Part shown: positions 24,001-37,874 of the stretch, one piece after another | How the letters are laid out: the number at the start of each line of letters is the position of its first letter | Position numbering within the stretch: position 1 is the stretch's first letter | Source of the DNA: Leucoraja ocellata | Lineage: Eukaryota | Assembly: GCA_036785375.1 (NCBI GenBank) | Contig: JAWMAR010000034.1 | Location: forward strand, 4,712,001 to 4,776,000 | Length of the DNA: 64,000 bases | Direction: 5' to 3' | Program-made: the position numbers and the translations under genes | The notes under the pieces: model-generated | Databases searched by the model: none | What the model saw: the letters and a program-made list of their open reading frames with translations, nothing else | What the model was told of the DNA's origin: nothing

Positions 24001-24997
24001 AATGACCGCTGGATACAGTCAGGGAAAGTTCATCCATTTGAAAATCTGTCTGAACCTTCAGCCTTTGTAGACCATTCTGATTTATTTCATTGTTCCCACC
24101 TCAGTTAGCAGGGAGAAAGGGCAATGAACTCAACCCCGTCCTTGTCAACTGAGCTTTTTTTAAAGAAGTAAATGGGCTGCAAGTGTACATGTATTTTTCA
24201 TGGATAAACTCAGACTATTAAATTAAATTGCTGCTGCATTCCAATGCTTTATGCTGAGAATTGAATGTGGCTGCAAATTGATTGGAATTGTATAGGTTAA
24301 TATAGGTTAATTCAGAATAACACCTTTATAGCTGAATTAGAAGGCACGGAAATCGTTCCGTTTCAGAACTTGTACATAGATTTTGTGATAATACAGTACT
24401 TTAGGATGTGTGGTCTGGTGTGCCTTCTTTTGAATACAATGTTACAACTAGGTTTGATATGTGTGCTTAGATTATAACTGAATCCTTGAGTCAAAGTGAT
24501 TGTCATTGACTCCAAGGTAGCATTTGACTGATTATGGCATTGGTGGGTGCCTGGAACGTGCTGCCAGGGATAGAGGTGGAGGTAGAGACAACAGTAGCAT
24601 ATAAGATGTTTTTAGACAGGCACATGGATATGCAGGGAATGAATGAAATGGAACATGTGGAGACAGATGAACTTCACACACAATAGTGGCACTTAAGAGG
24701 CTTTTAGATAGGCACATGGAAATGCAAGGAATTAAAATCTGTAATTTAGTAAGGAGAGTACCAAATATTTTTCAGTGGAAACAAAATTCTTTCTGGAAGG
24801 GAATATTCAGCTGTTAAGTAGTTATCATGACTCTTATTCTACCATGTACTCAAATGGTTGCATAAGATTTTTGAATGAGCAGAGTATAATTAGCTTTCGA
24901 AAAACTGAATTTGTATTGCCACTCCGTAAATTTATATTGCCCTTTATCTAGTATTTCCCTCTTATTGTACACATAGACATGCTCGCATATTGCTAGC

Positions 24998-25083
24998 ATT
25001 GGTTACATTACATATTTTTAAATGATATATATTAAATTAAATTGGTTACATTACATATTTTTAAATGATATATATTAAATTAA
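24998..25083. repeat. Perfect 43-bp tandem duplication
   Basis: ATTGGTTACATTACATATTTTTAAATGATATATATTAAATTAA occurs twice in a row. Confidence 0.9.
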
Positions 25084-25159
25084 CTTTTGGGAGAACTATG
25101 TTGTTGAATAATTTTGCCAGAATATGATCTTGTTATTATGTAACTGTGGTTTTACTCAG

Positions 25160-25343
25160 TTATCCGAAGGTCTTTGCGCAGCAGGTATGGAGGACTTCAT
25201 CCTGGAACAGGGAAAGCAACTGGGAAGAACGCACCTGAATGTGAAGGGGAAAGTGTCCAAAGGGGATGCATTCAAAGAACATAATTACTCAGACAAGAAG
25301 CCGAAAAGCAGTGAGCCATCTTCCAACCAGCTATATAATTGTG
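25160..25343 (+). CDS. SNX19: SNX19 exon 7 (LSEGLCAAGMEDFILEQGKQL...)
   Basis: AG and GTAAGC boundaries; phase 0/1 bridges exons 6 and 8. Confidence 0.85.
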
Positions 25344-26299
25344 GTAAGCATTTGACCATAACTACTCGCTGGTATTGTTTTGCATTGGCTCAACAATAGC
25401 AGCTGTTAAATAGGACCTTTAATGTAGCACGGCATTCAAAGGTCATTTGCAGAAGCATTGTGACACCTACATAAATAAATGAGACACAAAGAACTGCAGA
25501 TGCTGAAATCTTGAACAAAATACAATATGCTGAAGCATTTTAGCGGGGGGTCAGGTAACATCTGTGAAGGGAATGGCCACGTGGCGTTTTGGGTTGGGAC
25601 CCTTCTGCAGGTCTGGTTGGGTTCCGACCCGAAATGTCGACAGGCCCATTCTCTCAACATATGCTGCCTGCCCCACTGATTTCGCCCAGCACTTTGTGTT
25701 ATAGTCAAAAGTCAATAACTTTGTGCTGGTCAAAAGTTAGACAAAGAGATGGGCTTTAAGAAGTAAAGTGACTATGATAAGAGGTGTAGAGGTGGAGAGT
25801 TTTACGTAGGGAATTCGATCTTATGGCCTGTCTAGTCTGGTTTCCTACACTGTTCCAACAAATATCAACATGAGTTCAAAGATAATTCCTCATCTTCGAT
25901 TTACGAATGTTGTTGCCTTGGGATGCACTGTTGAATACAACATTTTCAAAAAGACATTCTTTCCTGTTGGTATCAGAACTGAAAAGTTCTGACTTCGTTT
26001 ACCACCTGAAACAACTCAATATTTTTTCACTTTACAGATATTACCTGATCTGCTTGGTATTTTCATGAATCTCTAGTTTCGATTTTCAGCAGCTGCTCTG
26101 TTCTGCAAGTAATAGTTCCAACATGCAATTTCTTGAGTCTTGTGTGTGCGAACTCGCTCTGATATTGTCCTTCCATTTGGTTTTGAACTGTAGCAAAGCC
26201 TTTAATGACATTTTATTTTAGTTAGCTCACAATTTGTACTGGCCTGGTACATTTTGGGGACACGAAAGATCAGAAATTATTACACTGATTAATACTGTG

Positions 26300-26685
26300 A
26301 CCAGTGATTCTGGGCGTAGCATTCTTGCCTCTGAGTTAGGCTCTGGATTAAGCATCAACATTTAGACTAACATTCTGGTAATGTGCTAAGGAACTGGTCT
26401 TGTGTGGAAGTGAGGAATGTGCTAGTTGAGGTGTGAACTTTCAAATGAAACTTGGTTTAAAGTTGCAGTAGATGAATGTTGAACTTCTGGCAACATGTCA
26501 AAGAAGAGCATCTTTTGCTGTTTTATTAACCTCTCTATTGTAATGAATGTATATGCCAATTGCCACATTGCTATTTGTCGGTAGCCATGTCACTTCTAGA
26601 TTTGGATATTAGATTAGATATTAGAAGGGGCTGTGACTTCTAGATTTGAATAGAGAGTAGACTTCAAAACTATTTCATTGGCTTT
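26300..26685 (+). mobile_element. Old Deu-domain-like SINE remnant
   Basis: GAAGAGCA.., CACATTGCTATTTGT.. and CTTCAAAACTATTTCATTGGCT resemble the Deu domain. Confidence 0.4.
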
Positions 26686-26699
26686 GCAAATTGAAAAAA

Positions 26700-27100
26700 A
26701 AAACTTTAACTCCCCTCCCATTCCCAATCTGACCCTTCTGTCCTGGGCCTCTTCCATTGTCTGAGTGAGGCCCACTGCAAATTGGAGGAACAGGACCTCA
26801 TATTTTGCTTGGGTAGCTTACACCCCAGCGGTATGAACATTGACTTCCCTAATTTCAAGTAGCCCTTTCTTTCCCTCTCTCTCTATCCCCTCCCCCTCCC
26901 AGTTCTCCCACCAGTCTTACTGTCTCCGACTGCATTCTATGTCTGTCCCGTCCACTCCCCTGACATCCGTCTGAAGATGGGTCTCGAACCGAAACGTCAC
27001 CCAATCCTTCACGCCAGAGATGCTGCCTGCCCGCTGAGTTACTCTAACATTTTGTGTATACCTTCGATTTAAACCAGCATCTGCAGTTCTTTCCTGCACA
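26700..27100 (+). mobile_element. Penelope-like element 3' end/pLTR with a sense hammerhead motif
   Basis: KLEEQDLIFCLGSLHPSGMNIDF tail; CTGAAGA at 26971-26977 and GAAACGTC at 26991-26998. Confidence 0.8.
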
Positions 27101-27540
27101 TAATAAACACCTTTGTAAGTTTTTTTGTTTGAATCCCCCAAATACCATTAGGTGGAAGTATAACACTATTCTTACCAAGCTAGGCATTCAAAATAATGAA
27201 CGACACAAACCATGTCCTCAAATAGTTCCTCCTATTTTGTCCAAATGTTATTTATTCAGGAAGTTTAATAAATACATATTTTTTCACACATAGAAAAATA
27301 TTAAATATTTGAATTTTTACAATTTTGGATTATTTTAACACATCTTTATCTCTCCCTCAAAAATGATAAATTAGATTCCATTTATCCTTAGGATGTTATT
27401 CCCTGCAACAGCATTCAGAACAAGGAGCTTGCTTGACAAAATAATTTTGAAATTATTTCCCATTTTCAATTTTCGGTGATTTATTTCCTGGGGTTATGAA
27501 CCCCCTACAGGGCTGCTTTTAACATTTATTGGAAGGTAAG

Positions 27541-27735
27541 TACAGTGCCCTCCATAATGTTTGGGACAAGGACCCATCGTTTATTTATTTGCCTCTGTAC
27601 TCCACAATTTGAGATTTGTAATTTTTTAAAAATCACATGTGATTAAAGTGCACATTGTCAGATTTTATTAAAGAATATTTGTAATACTTTTTGGTTTCAC
27701 ATTGTAGAAATTATAGCTGTGTTTATACATAGTAT
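27541..27735 (+). mobile_element. Tc1/mariner terminal fragment
   Basis: TA followed by the Tc1-type terminus CAGTGCCCTCCATAATGTTTGGGAC. Confidence 0.65.
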
Positions 27736-28111
27736 ACTATATGCAAACAAATGCAATTTGTGTATCTCTGGTCAGAGGACTGAATTTATTACACTTCCTA
27801 GAACGTATTAACACGTTATCTGTGGTCTTGACTGTCAGTCATTTTATGTTAAAATCTTAGCAAATAAATTCAATACTTGTAAGCAGACTACAAATTTATT
27901 AAATGTGTTTATTAGAAGTAAGCTCTGAAAAGTTTATTAACACTCACATTATGATTTAAAAAAAAATAGTTAAAGATGTTTTTATAGAATAGAATAAAAT
28001 AACATTTATTGTCATTTGAACCTAAGTTCAAACTAAATTACGTTTATTGTGATCTTGTTTATTTATTGTGATCTTGTCAAGTGCATTTATTTTCATTTCC
28101 ATTTTGGACAG

Positions 28112-28244
28112 AGGATTCTGAAACAGTCTTGGCGGATATAGCACTGGATCTTCTGTGCTTATTGATGAAAGACCACTGGAGCTGGGTGTGTAGTGAGAAC
28201 ATGCAAAAGTTTATCCGATTGATGTGCGGGACCCTGATTGAAAG
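28112..28244 (+). CDS. SNX19: SNX19 exon 8 (start of PXC: ETVLADIALDLLCLLMKDHWSWVCSENMQKFIRLMCGTLIER)
   Basis: AG and GTTAGT boundaries, phase 1/2. Confidence 0.93.
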
Positions 28245-30133
28245 GTTAGTGGATTGTTGCTCATAATTAGTTTGTGTACATACGATAGTTATTTATGACC
28301 ACAGAAATGTGCATTATTATCAGGTTTGCTTTGTGATTTATGTTGCACCTACATCAGAGGTTACACACCAAAACATGATGACCTGACATTAATCAAGGAT
28401 GTTGGCCCAAGCTCACAGGTAAGATGCTTTCATCCATCCACCCCAAAATACTTGTGATTAAATATATTAAAGCAAACATTGAATTTTGAAAAGAAATCTA
28501 GAGCTGAAATGATAGTGAATGCAAAATAGAGGGGTGACAACATAAATCTCATGTAATCCCCTCGTACCTGGATGTTCTCTCAATGTGCTACCAGCGAGTA
28601 TAAGTGTATTGAATTTGAAAATTAGGTATTTTGCTGAAGATAATTTCAAAAATTATTTTGTAATTAGCGCATAAATTATTTCATAAATTATTTATGATAA
28701 ATACAACTTCTACAAAGTTTGCAGGAATTGATATTTGGTCCAAGCAAATCGTGTCATAATTATTCAAAACTCCAATACAAATTGAGGGAAAAATTAGGTT
28801 ATTTGATATTTTCAATTGCATTCTAAATAAGATACAGATTCAATTAAGAGGTGGTGAGAAAAGAGATTGAGGCAGAGGTGAGTATACTTTCCTCCAAGAA
28901 TGAAGCTAAAAATGCGGTCAAGTTAGCAGAAACAATGCTTGTTTTAAAAATGTGTGCGTTTATTGTAGAAACCTGTTCCAGATCTCATTTTAACAGACTT
29001 TTTCTGGTTTTAATTCAATAACAGACATAAAAAAATCTTTGAAGCCTAACCAGAGTGTCTTTTAACAAACTAATTTGGTCTTTAGAAATTGTAGATAAAT
29101 AAAGTGCTTTGTTTATAACAAGTACACCACAAATATTCATGTTCATTGTAAAAAACCTTTGTCATGTATTGTGCACACATACTAGAACTGAATGTAAGAA
29201 TTTGTGGGCCTCAGTTACACGTGGTTTATGAGGTATGGAGAGTATTTGAGAACGTTCACTGAAGCAATGCAGAGAATGTTTTCTTAGTTTCATGTACCTG
29301 TACATTCCAGTCCTTCTGGATGGACCTACTGCTAAATAAATGTTATAGTGCCTCATCCCTCCACAAAGCCCTCTGTGAAAGTGTAAGCACTGCAAGGTTG
29401 GCTGATCAATGTGAAATTGGACAAAAAAAGTATAGAAAATGTTTGTAAGCCCTGACACTTTACATGAAGGACAGTGTTTGGGGACGCTGGCTTATTGTGT
29501 GGGTGAAACCTGCAGTCACGAATGGAGTATTGATCCAGCATTTGTACTCCTCATTGTGATACAGAAATGTTAAAAGCAAATATTAACTGAAGATTATTAC
29601 AGTGACATGCAAAAATAAATGTCTTAATATTGGTTCCATATATATAATAAATGCTTTGAGGGAAGAGCCATTTTCAACATCTGCTATAAGTCCATTTAAT
29701 TTAATAAAAGCTTTAATAAGCTCTAGATTCTATACTTAAACCTTGGGATTTAGTTTCCATGTTTAATTTTCTTTTTCTCTTGTGACAGATTGTTTGCAGT
29801 TAGGAAATTGTTGATTGGAAATTCAATAGTATAATGCCTTATTTCTTATTCAACTGAAACTGATCTCTTTTTTCTCAGAGTGAAATGTAATAAAGAACAT
29901 TTCTGAATCATTTTGTACCACATTGGAAATTTGACAGGTGCTTCCTGGTGTCAGTCACCCTCCCACCCCAAGCATTGTTTCCACATGCGGGCCACAACAC
30001 TTCTTATGTAACATTACTGAAAAACCTGGACCACATTCTGTTGGGAAGCCAGTCTTTGAGCAACCTTGCAGAAGCATGGTCTCTCCAGTGCTGCGCTGGA
30101 TTATGGTTGTTTTCTGGGTCATAACCACACTAC

Positions 30134-30410
30134 TAATGCCCCTGTCCCACTTAGGCGATTTTTTAGGCGACTAGGCTGTCACCACATGGTCGCCAGGGTG
30201 TTGCCTGTATGGTCCCCTCAGTCACCCAAAGAGTCGTACCTTTTCTTCGGGTCGCCGCTGGATTTTGAAATGTTCAAAACTTTTTGGTGACATTCGGTGC
30301 CTGTGGGCTTGACGCCAACGATCGTAGCCTGACGTAGGTGCTGCTGCCAGGATGATGTAGGTTGTCACCAAGATGACGTAGGTTGTCGCCAGGATGACGT
30401 AGGTTGTCGC
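30134..30410 (+). mobile_element. Truncated Harbinger-like MITE end with ~21-bp tandem repeats
   Basis: GCCCCTGTCCCACTT terminus related to the TIR at 58697; (GATGACGTAGGTTGTCGCCAG)n at ~30330-30410. Confidence 0.6.
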
Positions 30411-30454
30411 TCAAATTAATGGATTCGGAATCCACAAGTCTAGCCCTCAAAAAT

Positions 30455-30770
30455 CCAGAACCCCAAATTCAAATCCTGCTACGGCAGTTGCGTACCTTAA
30501 ATTCAGCTAATGGTTTGAAATTTGGAAAATGAACAACAACTAGTCACTAGTAATGACCAACAAAATAACTATTAGTTTGACACAACATCTGGTTCACCGC
30601 TGTCCTTCAGGGGGGATAATCTACACCATCTGACCTGTACATACTTCAGACACACTCCATGTGTTGGACTTTAAATACCATCTGCCAGTTAGTGATAGTT
30701 TTCCATTGCCTCCCTTAGGTAATAAATGCTGGCTGTGCCAATGATGCCGAAATCTCAAACAATTAATAAG
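30455..30770 (+). mobile_element. Degenerate SINE (related copy at ~60655-60960)
   Basis: Both copies share TCTG(G/A)TTCAC..CTTC..GGG and the tail motif AATAAATGC. Confidence 0.5.
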
Positions 30771-31074
30771 TTATTCTCCTGCTCTTTCTCTGTTGCCTTG
30801 TAATTTGTTGCAGTGCACTTTTAGGGTGTTTTGAGACCGTGGAAGTTATTATTAAAGCACAAGCCTACAGTGTCTGTGGTTCACATGGCGATGGAAAAAC
30901 TGTGTGTTATGGGGATTCTGTTCCTGACAAAATAATGCTCAATATAAAGAAGCTGTAGATTGAATATTTATGTTATGTCTCATCATTTGGCATGTGGCAT
31001 TATAGTTAATAGATCCATATCAAAATGAGAGGTTACAGTTCTTTGTAATTAAAATGTTGTATTGGATAGATTAC

Positions 31075-31535
31075 AAGAACACAAAAACATGATGAAATAA
31101 GAGCAGAAGTGGGCAACTGACCCATCAAGACTGTTCCACCATTCAGTATGATCATAGCTGACCTCTGGCCTCAACTCAATTTTTGTGCCAGTTCCCCACA
31201 TACCTTAATTTGTTAATCTTTCTAATATTTATTTATCTCCACCGTAAATATTTCTAATGATCCAGCCTCCATCACCCCATGCGACAGAGAATTCCAGAGA
31301 TTCCCTCCCCTCTGGGAGAAAGAGTTTCTATATACCTCAGTTTAAAAGAGTGGTCTTGTATTTTATTCTCTTGTTCAGTGGAAACATCTTAACATCTACC
31401 TGTCAAGCCCGCTTAGGATCTTATATGGTTGAATAAGGTCAGCCATCATCCTTATAAACTCTGAGGAATACTAACCCAAGTTGTCTAAAGTCTCTTGGTA
31501 AGGCAACCCTCTCATCCCAGGAATAAGCCTGGTGA
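31075..31535 (-). mobile_element. CR1-like LINE 3' end
   Basis: GAATTCCAGAGATTC and tail motifs as in other copies. Confidence 0.65.
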
Positions 31536-33194
31536 TTAGTCAGATACCAAGGAGAAAAATGTCTAAAACCTGGTGCATGCTGTTCTCACTTGAACATTAA
31601 ACCAGTGCCATGGTATACAAAATGCCTATTGTGCCCTGGTTTCATCTTTCTGCAGAAGAGACTACTTCTGATGAGAAGCATTGGAAAACTGGAGTTCCAT
31701 GATTTTGGTTGAGCAGTTTTATGGTTTTACTTGGATAATCAGTTTTTCGATAAATGATGCTGGCTCAGTAGTTTTGGCAATATTTGCAGACGTTGGTGTG
31801 TAACTCTTTGTCAAGTTCAGTAAGAATTTATAATACACCAGACAGTTCCACTTTGTGTATGTAAAACCCTGGAAGTATTAGTATTGTGTTTACTATTCAA
31901 ATTGAAAACTTTAGTAAATTAGAACCAAACATTTTTATATTTTAATTTTTTGATACAAACTTTACCTTAGATAAAATGTACAGTACTTCTTTAGAAAATC
32001 CAGATGTTTCTAAGTATCCCCTGTCCATTAAATCTGGTTAGAGGTGTTAATTTATCCATACATGTTCCTAGACAAGTTGGCTTGCCAGCTCACAAGTCTC
32101 TTCCCAAGACAATTCCAATTTAAAGTGCTCCACTGGTACAATGTGATATAAACAGGGTTCACATTGATCTAAATAGGACCAAAAGCATTAATCAATACTT
32201 TTTCACCAACTACTGCTTGACAGAATTGATTGGCTTCACTAAGACCTGAGCCTTATTCTACCCCAGAACGAGGAATTAAAAAGTGTCATGATTTCAGTAA
32301 ATGGATTTCCAGACACAGTATAACAAACTAAGGAGGTTTGCACTTATACACTTCCAACAAAGCCTAATGTAAGTTCAAGGAACAGTAGCCAATTCCAATT
32401 AAACCTTTTAATTCCCAGATGATACCACCATTGTTGAACGAGAAACAGGTCAGGGTACAGGGGGGAGATTAATAATCTCATTGAATGGTGTCAGAACAAA
32501 AACTTAACTCTCAATCTTAACAAGGAGCTTATTGTTGACTTTAGGGTGGATGGGGGTGGGGGTTAAACTGAGGATTCGTGAGCCTGTCTTCATCTACGGG
32601 ACGGCGTTGGAGAGAGTCAATAGCTTCAAGGTCCTCATTGTGCATATCTCTGAAGATCTGTCCTGGGTTCACCACTATTAGTTTGGTGAACATTTTAACG
32701 AGGATAGCGTTTGAAGTTGCTCCATCTTCCTCCGTGTGTTGCACACAAGCTGGAACTTGGCTCCATTGCAACTGGAAGCCCAGATGTAAAGGAAGAAAAA
32801 GCTTGACTTTCTGTACATGTACTTGGGACTTCCTAAAACACTTCATAGCTAGTGTCTGACTTCAAGAGTCTAGACACGGTTATTTACCAAGTGAAAAAAT
32901 GAGCAAACACAACATCAGCATGAAATAAGAAATGGCTAGTTAATCTCTTTTGGAAGTGTTATTTGAGCAATAGCTGTTGGCCAATACAGAGAACTCAGTG
33001 CTCTTCCAAGTCCCCAGCTAGAGACTGATTTGAAGGAAGAAAATATCAACAAAGATTTTATTGATATACATTTGCATGTCGATTTAATCACCCACGTATG
33101 TAGCTTGGTATAAGAGTTTCATAATCCAAAGGATCATGTACAGTTGAAAAGTTTAATGACCTAAATAAACTCACCAGTGACAAATATGCTGTAA

Positions 33195-34135
33195 AATGAA
33201 GACACAAGATTCCGCAAATGTTTGAATCTGGAGCAGAAAATAAATTGCTGGAAGAACTCAGCAGGTCAATCAGCAGCATGGAAGCAAAGGGGAACAGTGG
33301 AGTGGGGGATGTTGGGAACATTTGTGCAAGTGTGGGCTCTGGTGAGCACATCAGAGGGGAAGTTATGTTTCCTCAACAACATGCCAACAACATCTTGTTT
33401 GATTCCTCTCTCTTCCTACATCCTCTGTCCAGGTGGAACAGAGATCGAGTTCCCACACATTTTACTCTACTCCACATCCAATGTATCATCCTTCGTCACT
33501 TCGACCAGTTCCAACAGGATTCCACCACCAGCCACATTGTCCTTTTTCTCCTCTCCATCGCCCTGCTTTCCATAGGGATCGCTCTCTCCGTGACTTCCCA
33601 GTCCACTCACCCTTCCAACCCATCCCTCCTCGCTCCCTGGCACTTTTCCCCGCGATGGTAGGAGGTGGAACATTTATCCCTATATCTCCTTCCTTGCCAC
33701 CAACCGGGAACCCTTGCAGCTGAGGTGGAGATTTACCTGCACCTCTTCCAACTTAGTCTCTTGCACTTGGTGCTGAAGTTGTGGCGTTAGATCATAGCAT
33801 AGTATAGTACAGGAATGGGCCCTTGTTTGTGTCGAACATGATGCATAGTTAAACTGATCTCATGTGCCTGTACATGATCAATGTTTCCTCTATTATCTGC
33901 ACTTCAATGTGCCTTCGATACATTGGTGAGAACAAATATAGACTAGGCAATCACTTTGTAGAGCACCTGTGCTTTGTCTGCTATGGCCAAATAGAGCTTC
34001 TTGTTGCATGTCATTTGAATCCCCCGTACCTGATTACTCTGTCTTGATGAGGCCAAAGACAAACTCAGAAGAGCATTACCTTTTATTCTGCTTGGAATAA
34101 TGTGAATGTAGAAGTTTCCATTTTCAGGTAACTCA
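33195..34135 (+). mobile_element. Degenerate Penelope-like element (GIY-YIG remnant)
   Basis: Encodes NRDRVP..IILRHFDQFQQD, AFHRDRSLRD and YIGENKYRLGNHFVEHL. Confidence 0.75.
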
Positions 34136-35824
34136 CTTCCCCTGTGCTCCTTTCCCACTCCCACCAGTCCATCAGGGTTTCTACCCTTTGTACACTTCCT
34201 CATTACCTAAATTCATGACCATCCACGCCTGGTTCTCTCTGCCTATCATCCATATACCTATCTACTTAGGTTTCCTTTTCTTTCGATCACTTTTTTTTAT
34301 CTCCTTCCCCACCAGCTTCCATCTGCACATCTTCCTTCCCTTTTTAGGTTCTACCTATCACCGGTCACCCTCCGTCTCTAGCCTTCCACTCCCCCACCTG
34401 GCGCCAACTAATTTTTACATCTTATGTCTCAACCTATCACCTACCAGCCTCTGTCTCAAAATTCCCCTCCTTCCCTCCTCCACAAGCTAAGAGTACTCCA
34501 TCACATCCCTGACCTGCTTGTAGATGATCGCAAGGCTTTGGGGTGTCAGGAGATGAATCACTCACCTCTGGATATGCAGCCTCTGACATCTCTTGCAGCC
34601 AGTCTCTATGTGCCTGCTGTGGTTGCGTTTCTGGTCAATGGTGATTTCCAAGATATTGATAATGGAAGTCTTTCTGCTGGTAATGCTATTGAATGTCACT
34701 CTCCCTTGATGGAGATGGTCTCTGCCCGATTTGATGGCACAAATGTGCCACTTATCACCACATGTTTAATAATTGGTCTGCATGAGTTTTCTGCATGGAG
34801 GCACGGCCTTTCAATTTTTGAGAAGTTGTAAGTGGAACTGAATTGGTGAAATCATCAATGAACATCTCCACTTCCCATCTTTTGTTGAAATGAAGATCAT
34901 TCAAGATGATGACACCAGAAACCACAGATGTTGGAATCCTGAGCAAAACGCAAAGTACTGGAGGAACCCAGTGGGTCAGGCAGTGGAGAGAATGGACAGA
35001 TGCCGTTTCGGGTCAGAACCATTTTTTGATCCGTTGAAGGGTCCTGACTTGAAATACCTGCTCATTTCCTCCCAGAGGGTCAGATGCTTTGAGTTCCTCC
35101 AGCACTTTGCTCATGCTTACCAATAAGCGTCATTGAACTCCTGCAGTGATGAGGATGAATAACTTTCACCAACCACTGCCATTTTTCTTTCTGTGAGGTA
35201 ATAATTTTATCCTCAGAGTGTGTTTACTGCAATGCCAATTTTACCAGGGTTCCTTAGCTATGGTTGATCAATTGTTGCCTTATTGTTAAAGACATTTACT
35301 CTCGTTTCACTTCTAGAATTCAGTTCTTTGGTCCATAAAGACTGATTAGATCCGAGCCATGAGCTGGGTCTTTAGCCCAATCTAGGCATCGATGAGTAGG
35401 TGAATCAATTTTGCTTGATTACTGTCAATTATACCTTTTATTAGTTTGTTGTTGATTGGAATTTAATTTTAGCCAGATAGGATTTATCCTGAACTTCCAT
35501 GTAGTTAAAGGTAATACTGTGTAAAACCAAGGAAAATTCTGAGAATATTTATAATCTTTAAATAATATATGGTCACTCTTTTTTGCATATTTTTTAATGA
35601 GGAAATGTTGTGAGTTGAAGGTAAATGTCTAAACATTTCCTGTCATTATGTTAAGACGGGAAGAGTATGTTCCATTCAGCTTGGATTTGGGTATCATGCT
35701 GTTTAATGCACGGCAATTTAAATATTTGGAACTCCAATTTGCCTACAGGTTTTAAGAAGCTGATTAATTCAGAATTTAGCTAGATTTGTTTACTATGTTA
35801 AAATAATGAACCCCAGAAATTGAT

Positions 35825-36130
35825 TTCAAGAGTCAAAAGAATTAATTGTCATCTGTACTGAAACGGAACAATGAAATTCTTACAAAGCAGTCAATAGCCT
35901 GATGGTTGTTGGGAAGAAACTGCTTCTGAACCTGGAGGACAGTTTTCAGACTCCTATGCCTTCTCCCAAGTGGCAAGAGTAAAGTGAGAGTGTGGCCGGG
36001 ATGGTGTGGGTCCCTGATGATGTTGTTGGCTGCCTTTTTGAGGCAGTGCCTCCTTTAGATCCCTTCGATAATAGGGAGTTCAGTAACCGTGATGGACCGG
36101 ACAGTGTCCACCATTTGTTGTAATCTTGCA
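35825..36130 (-). mobile_element. Rex1/Babar-like LINE 3' fragment
   Basis: Homologous to 3560-4140. Confidence 0.65.
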
Positions 36131-36934
36131 CTTGAATTTAGATGTGTACTGCTGTTAGAGTATAAGATACGAAATAGGAGTAAGTACTCCTTCTCACAAC
36201 ATGGTTCTGTGAAGCCAGTAATACAGCTCAGCTTATGTTAAGTCTGGAAAGAATGTTTGAAATCACCTCTGGTCTTGATCGGTGGCTCCATTTGACCACT
36301 GCATTTGTTGATTATTGCTTGTTATATTTAGCCGCATGAGGTTACATGTGGTGTTGATTAATGCAAGTGTTACAGGCAATGTTTTCCAGTATTATAACTT
36401 GCTGTATAATTCTTGGAATTGCCTGGTCCATTTAAACTCAACTTTAAAGGGAATGTGGGGAGCAAAAGTTTGTATGTATTGTCAATCATAACAGAACAAA
36501 TACCTTCTGCAAAAACGTTGCATATTACTGTTGCTCCTTTATAAAAATATATAAATATTGTCATTAATATTGCAAGATTTGTGTAGATAGGTATCACGGT
36601 CAGGATGGAAGGCTTGCGCCAGAGAGCAAGGTTGTGTGCTGTTTGCAGCTCTTGTAACCATTGCTGATGCATTGACTGCACATTTCATGTTACACCGAAG
36701 CTTCATGATCCAGCTTCTTGAACCATTTTCTCACACACCCACAATTAAACTAATGAAAATATTTCGGAGAGATTTTCTTCTGTTCTGTTCTTATACTGGA
36801 GTAACCGTTTTATTCATGGGACTTTTCTCTCCTGCGCGATTGGTTTATCATTTCAGCTCCCTCATTGTTCACAAACAGGTCATGCCATAGATGGAATTGC
36901 CATGTATATTTTTAAATACATTGTCATTTTGTTA

Positions 36935-37540
36935 AGGAACTGAAGATGCTGGTTTTCCACAAAGATAGACACAAAATGCTGGAGTAACTCAGCGGGTCAG
37001 GCAGCATCTCTGGAGAAAATGAATGGGTTTTGGGTCTAAATCATTCTTCAGACTGAAAGTCGGGAGAGGGAAACTAGAGGTATGAAAGGTACCGAACAAA
37101 TCAGACCACGCACCAATGACTAAGGAAAGGTGGAGCCCACAATGGTCCATAGTTGGCTGTGGAAGAAGTGATAACTACGGGATGCAAATAGTGAAAGTAG
37201 CAGTACGTCTAGGGTGGGGGAGGAACAGTGATAGAGGGAATGCAATAATCACGTGAATTTGGAGGAATCAATATTCATACCACTGGGATGTAAGCTACCC
37301 TAGTGAAATATGAGGTGCTGTTCCTCCGATTTGTGTGTGGCCTCACTCTGAGAGTGGATGAGGCCCAGGACAGAAAGATCAGTATGGGAAGGGGAGTTAA
37401 AATATTTGGCAACCGGGAAATCGCATACGCCAAGGCAGACTGAGCATAGGTGTTCAGTGAAACGATTGCCCAGTCTGCGCTAAGTCTCTCCAATATATGG
37501 GAGTCCACACCGAGAACAACGGATACAGTAGATGAGGTTG
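36935..37540 (-). mobile_element. Penelope-like element 3' fragment with pLTR
   Basis: Homologous to 14655-15830 and 26700-27100. Confidence 0.7.
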
Positions 37541-37874
37541 ATCTCCACTTATTGAGATCTTTGTTTGAATTGATGTTACTTCCTCTCATGCGTCAACACC
37601 AGTTAATCAGCAAAGATCTCCACAAGGCTCTCCACCTGCAGGTATTCCCTGCTCAAGAAATGGTCTACCTGTTTCCTTCTTTAAGACAAGCTTCTATCTT
37701 TATCTGGAGGAACAAACTCACCAATTACAGTATTTTGCAAGGTTAATCCTACTGGAACCTTAAAGCATTTGGTCAGCTTCTAAGTCTGGTCACTTTGCAG
37801 CACTTCTTCAGGTCTCCTGGCAGGTCTTCACTGTGTGTCTTTTGACTTCTTTCTTGAACAGCATATTTATCTTT

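Noticed and set aside
30330-30410. CRISPR-like repeat array
   Set aside because: These are tandem 21-mers without unique spacers, inside a eukaryotic MITE.
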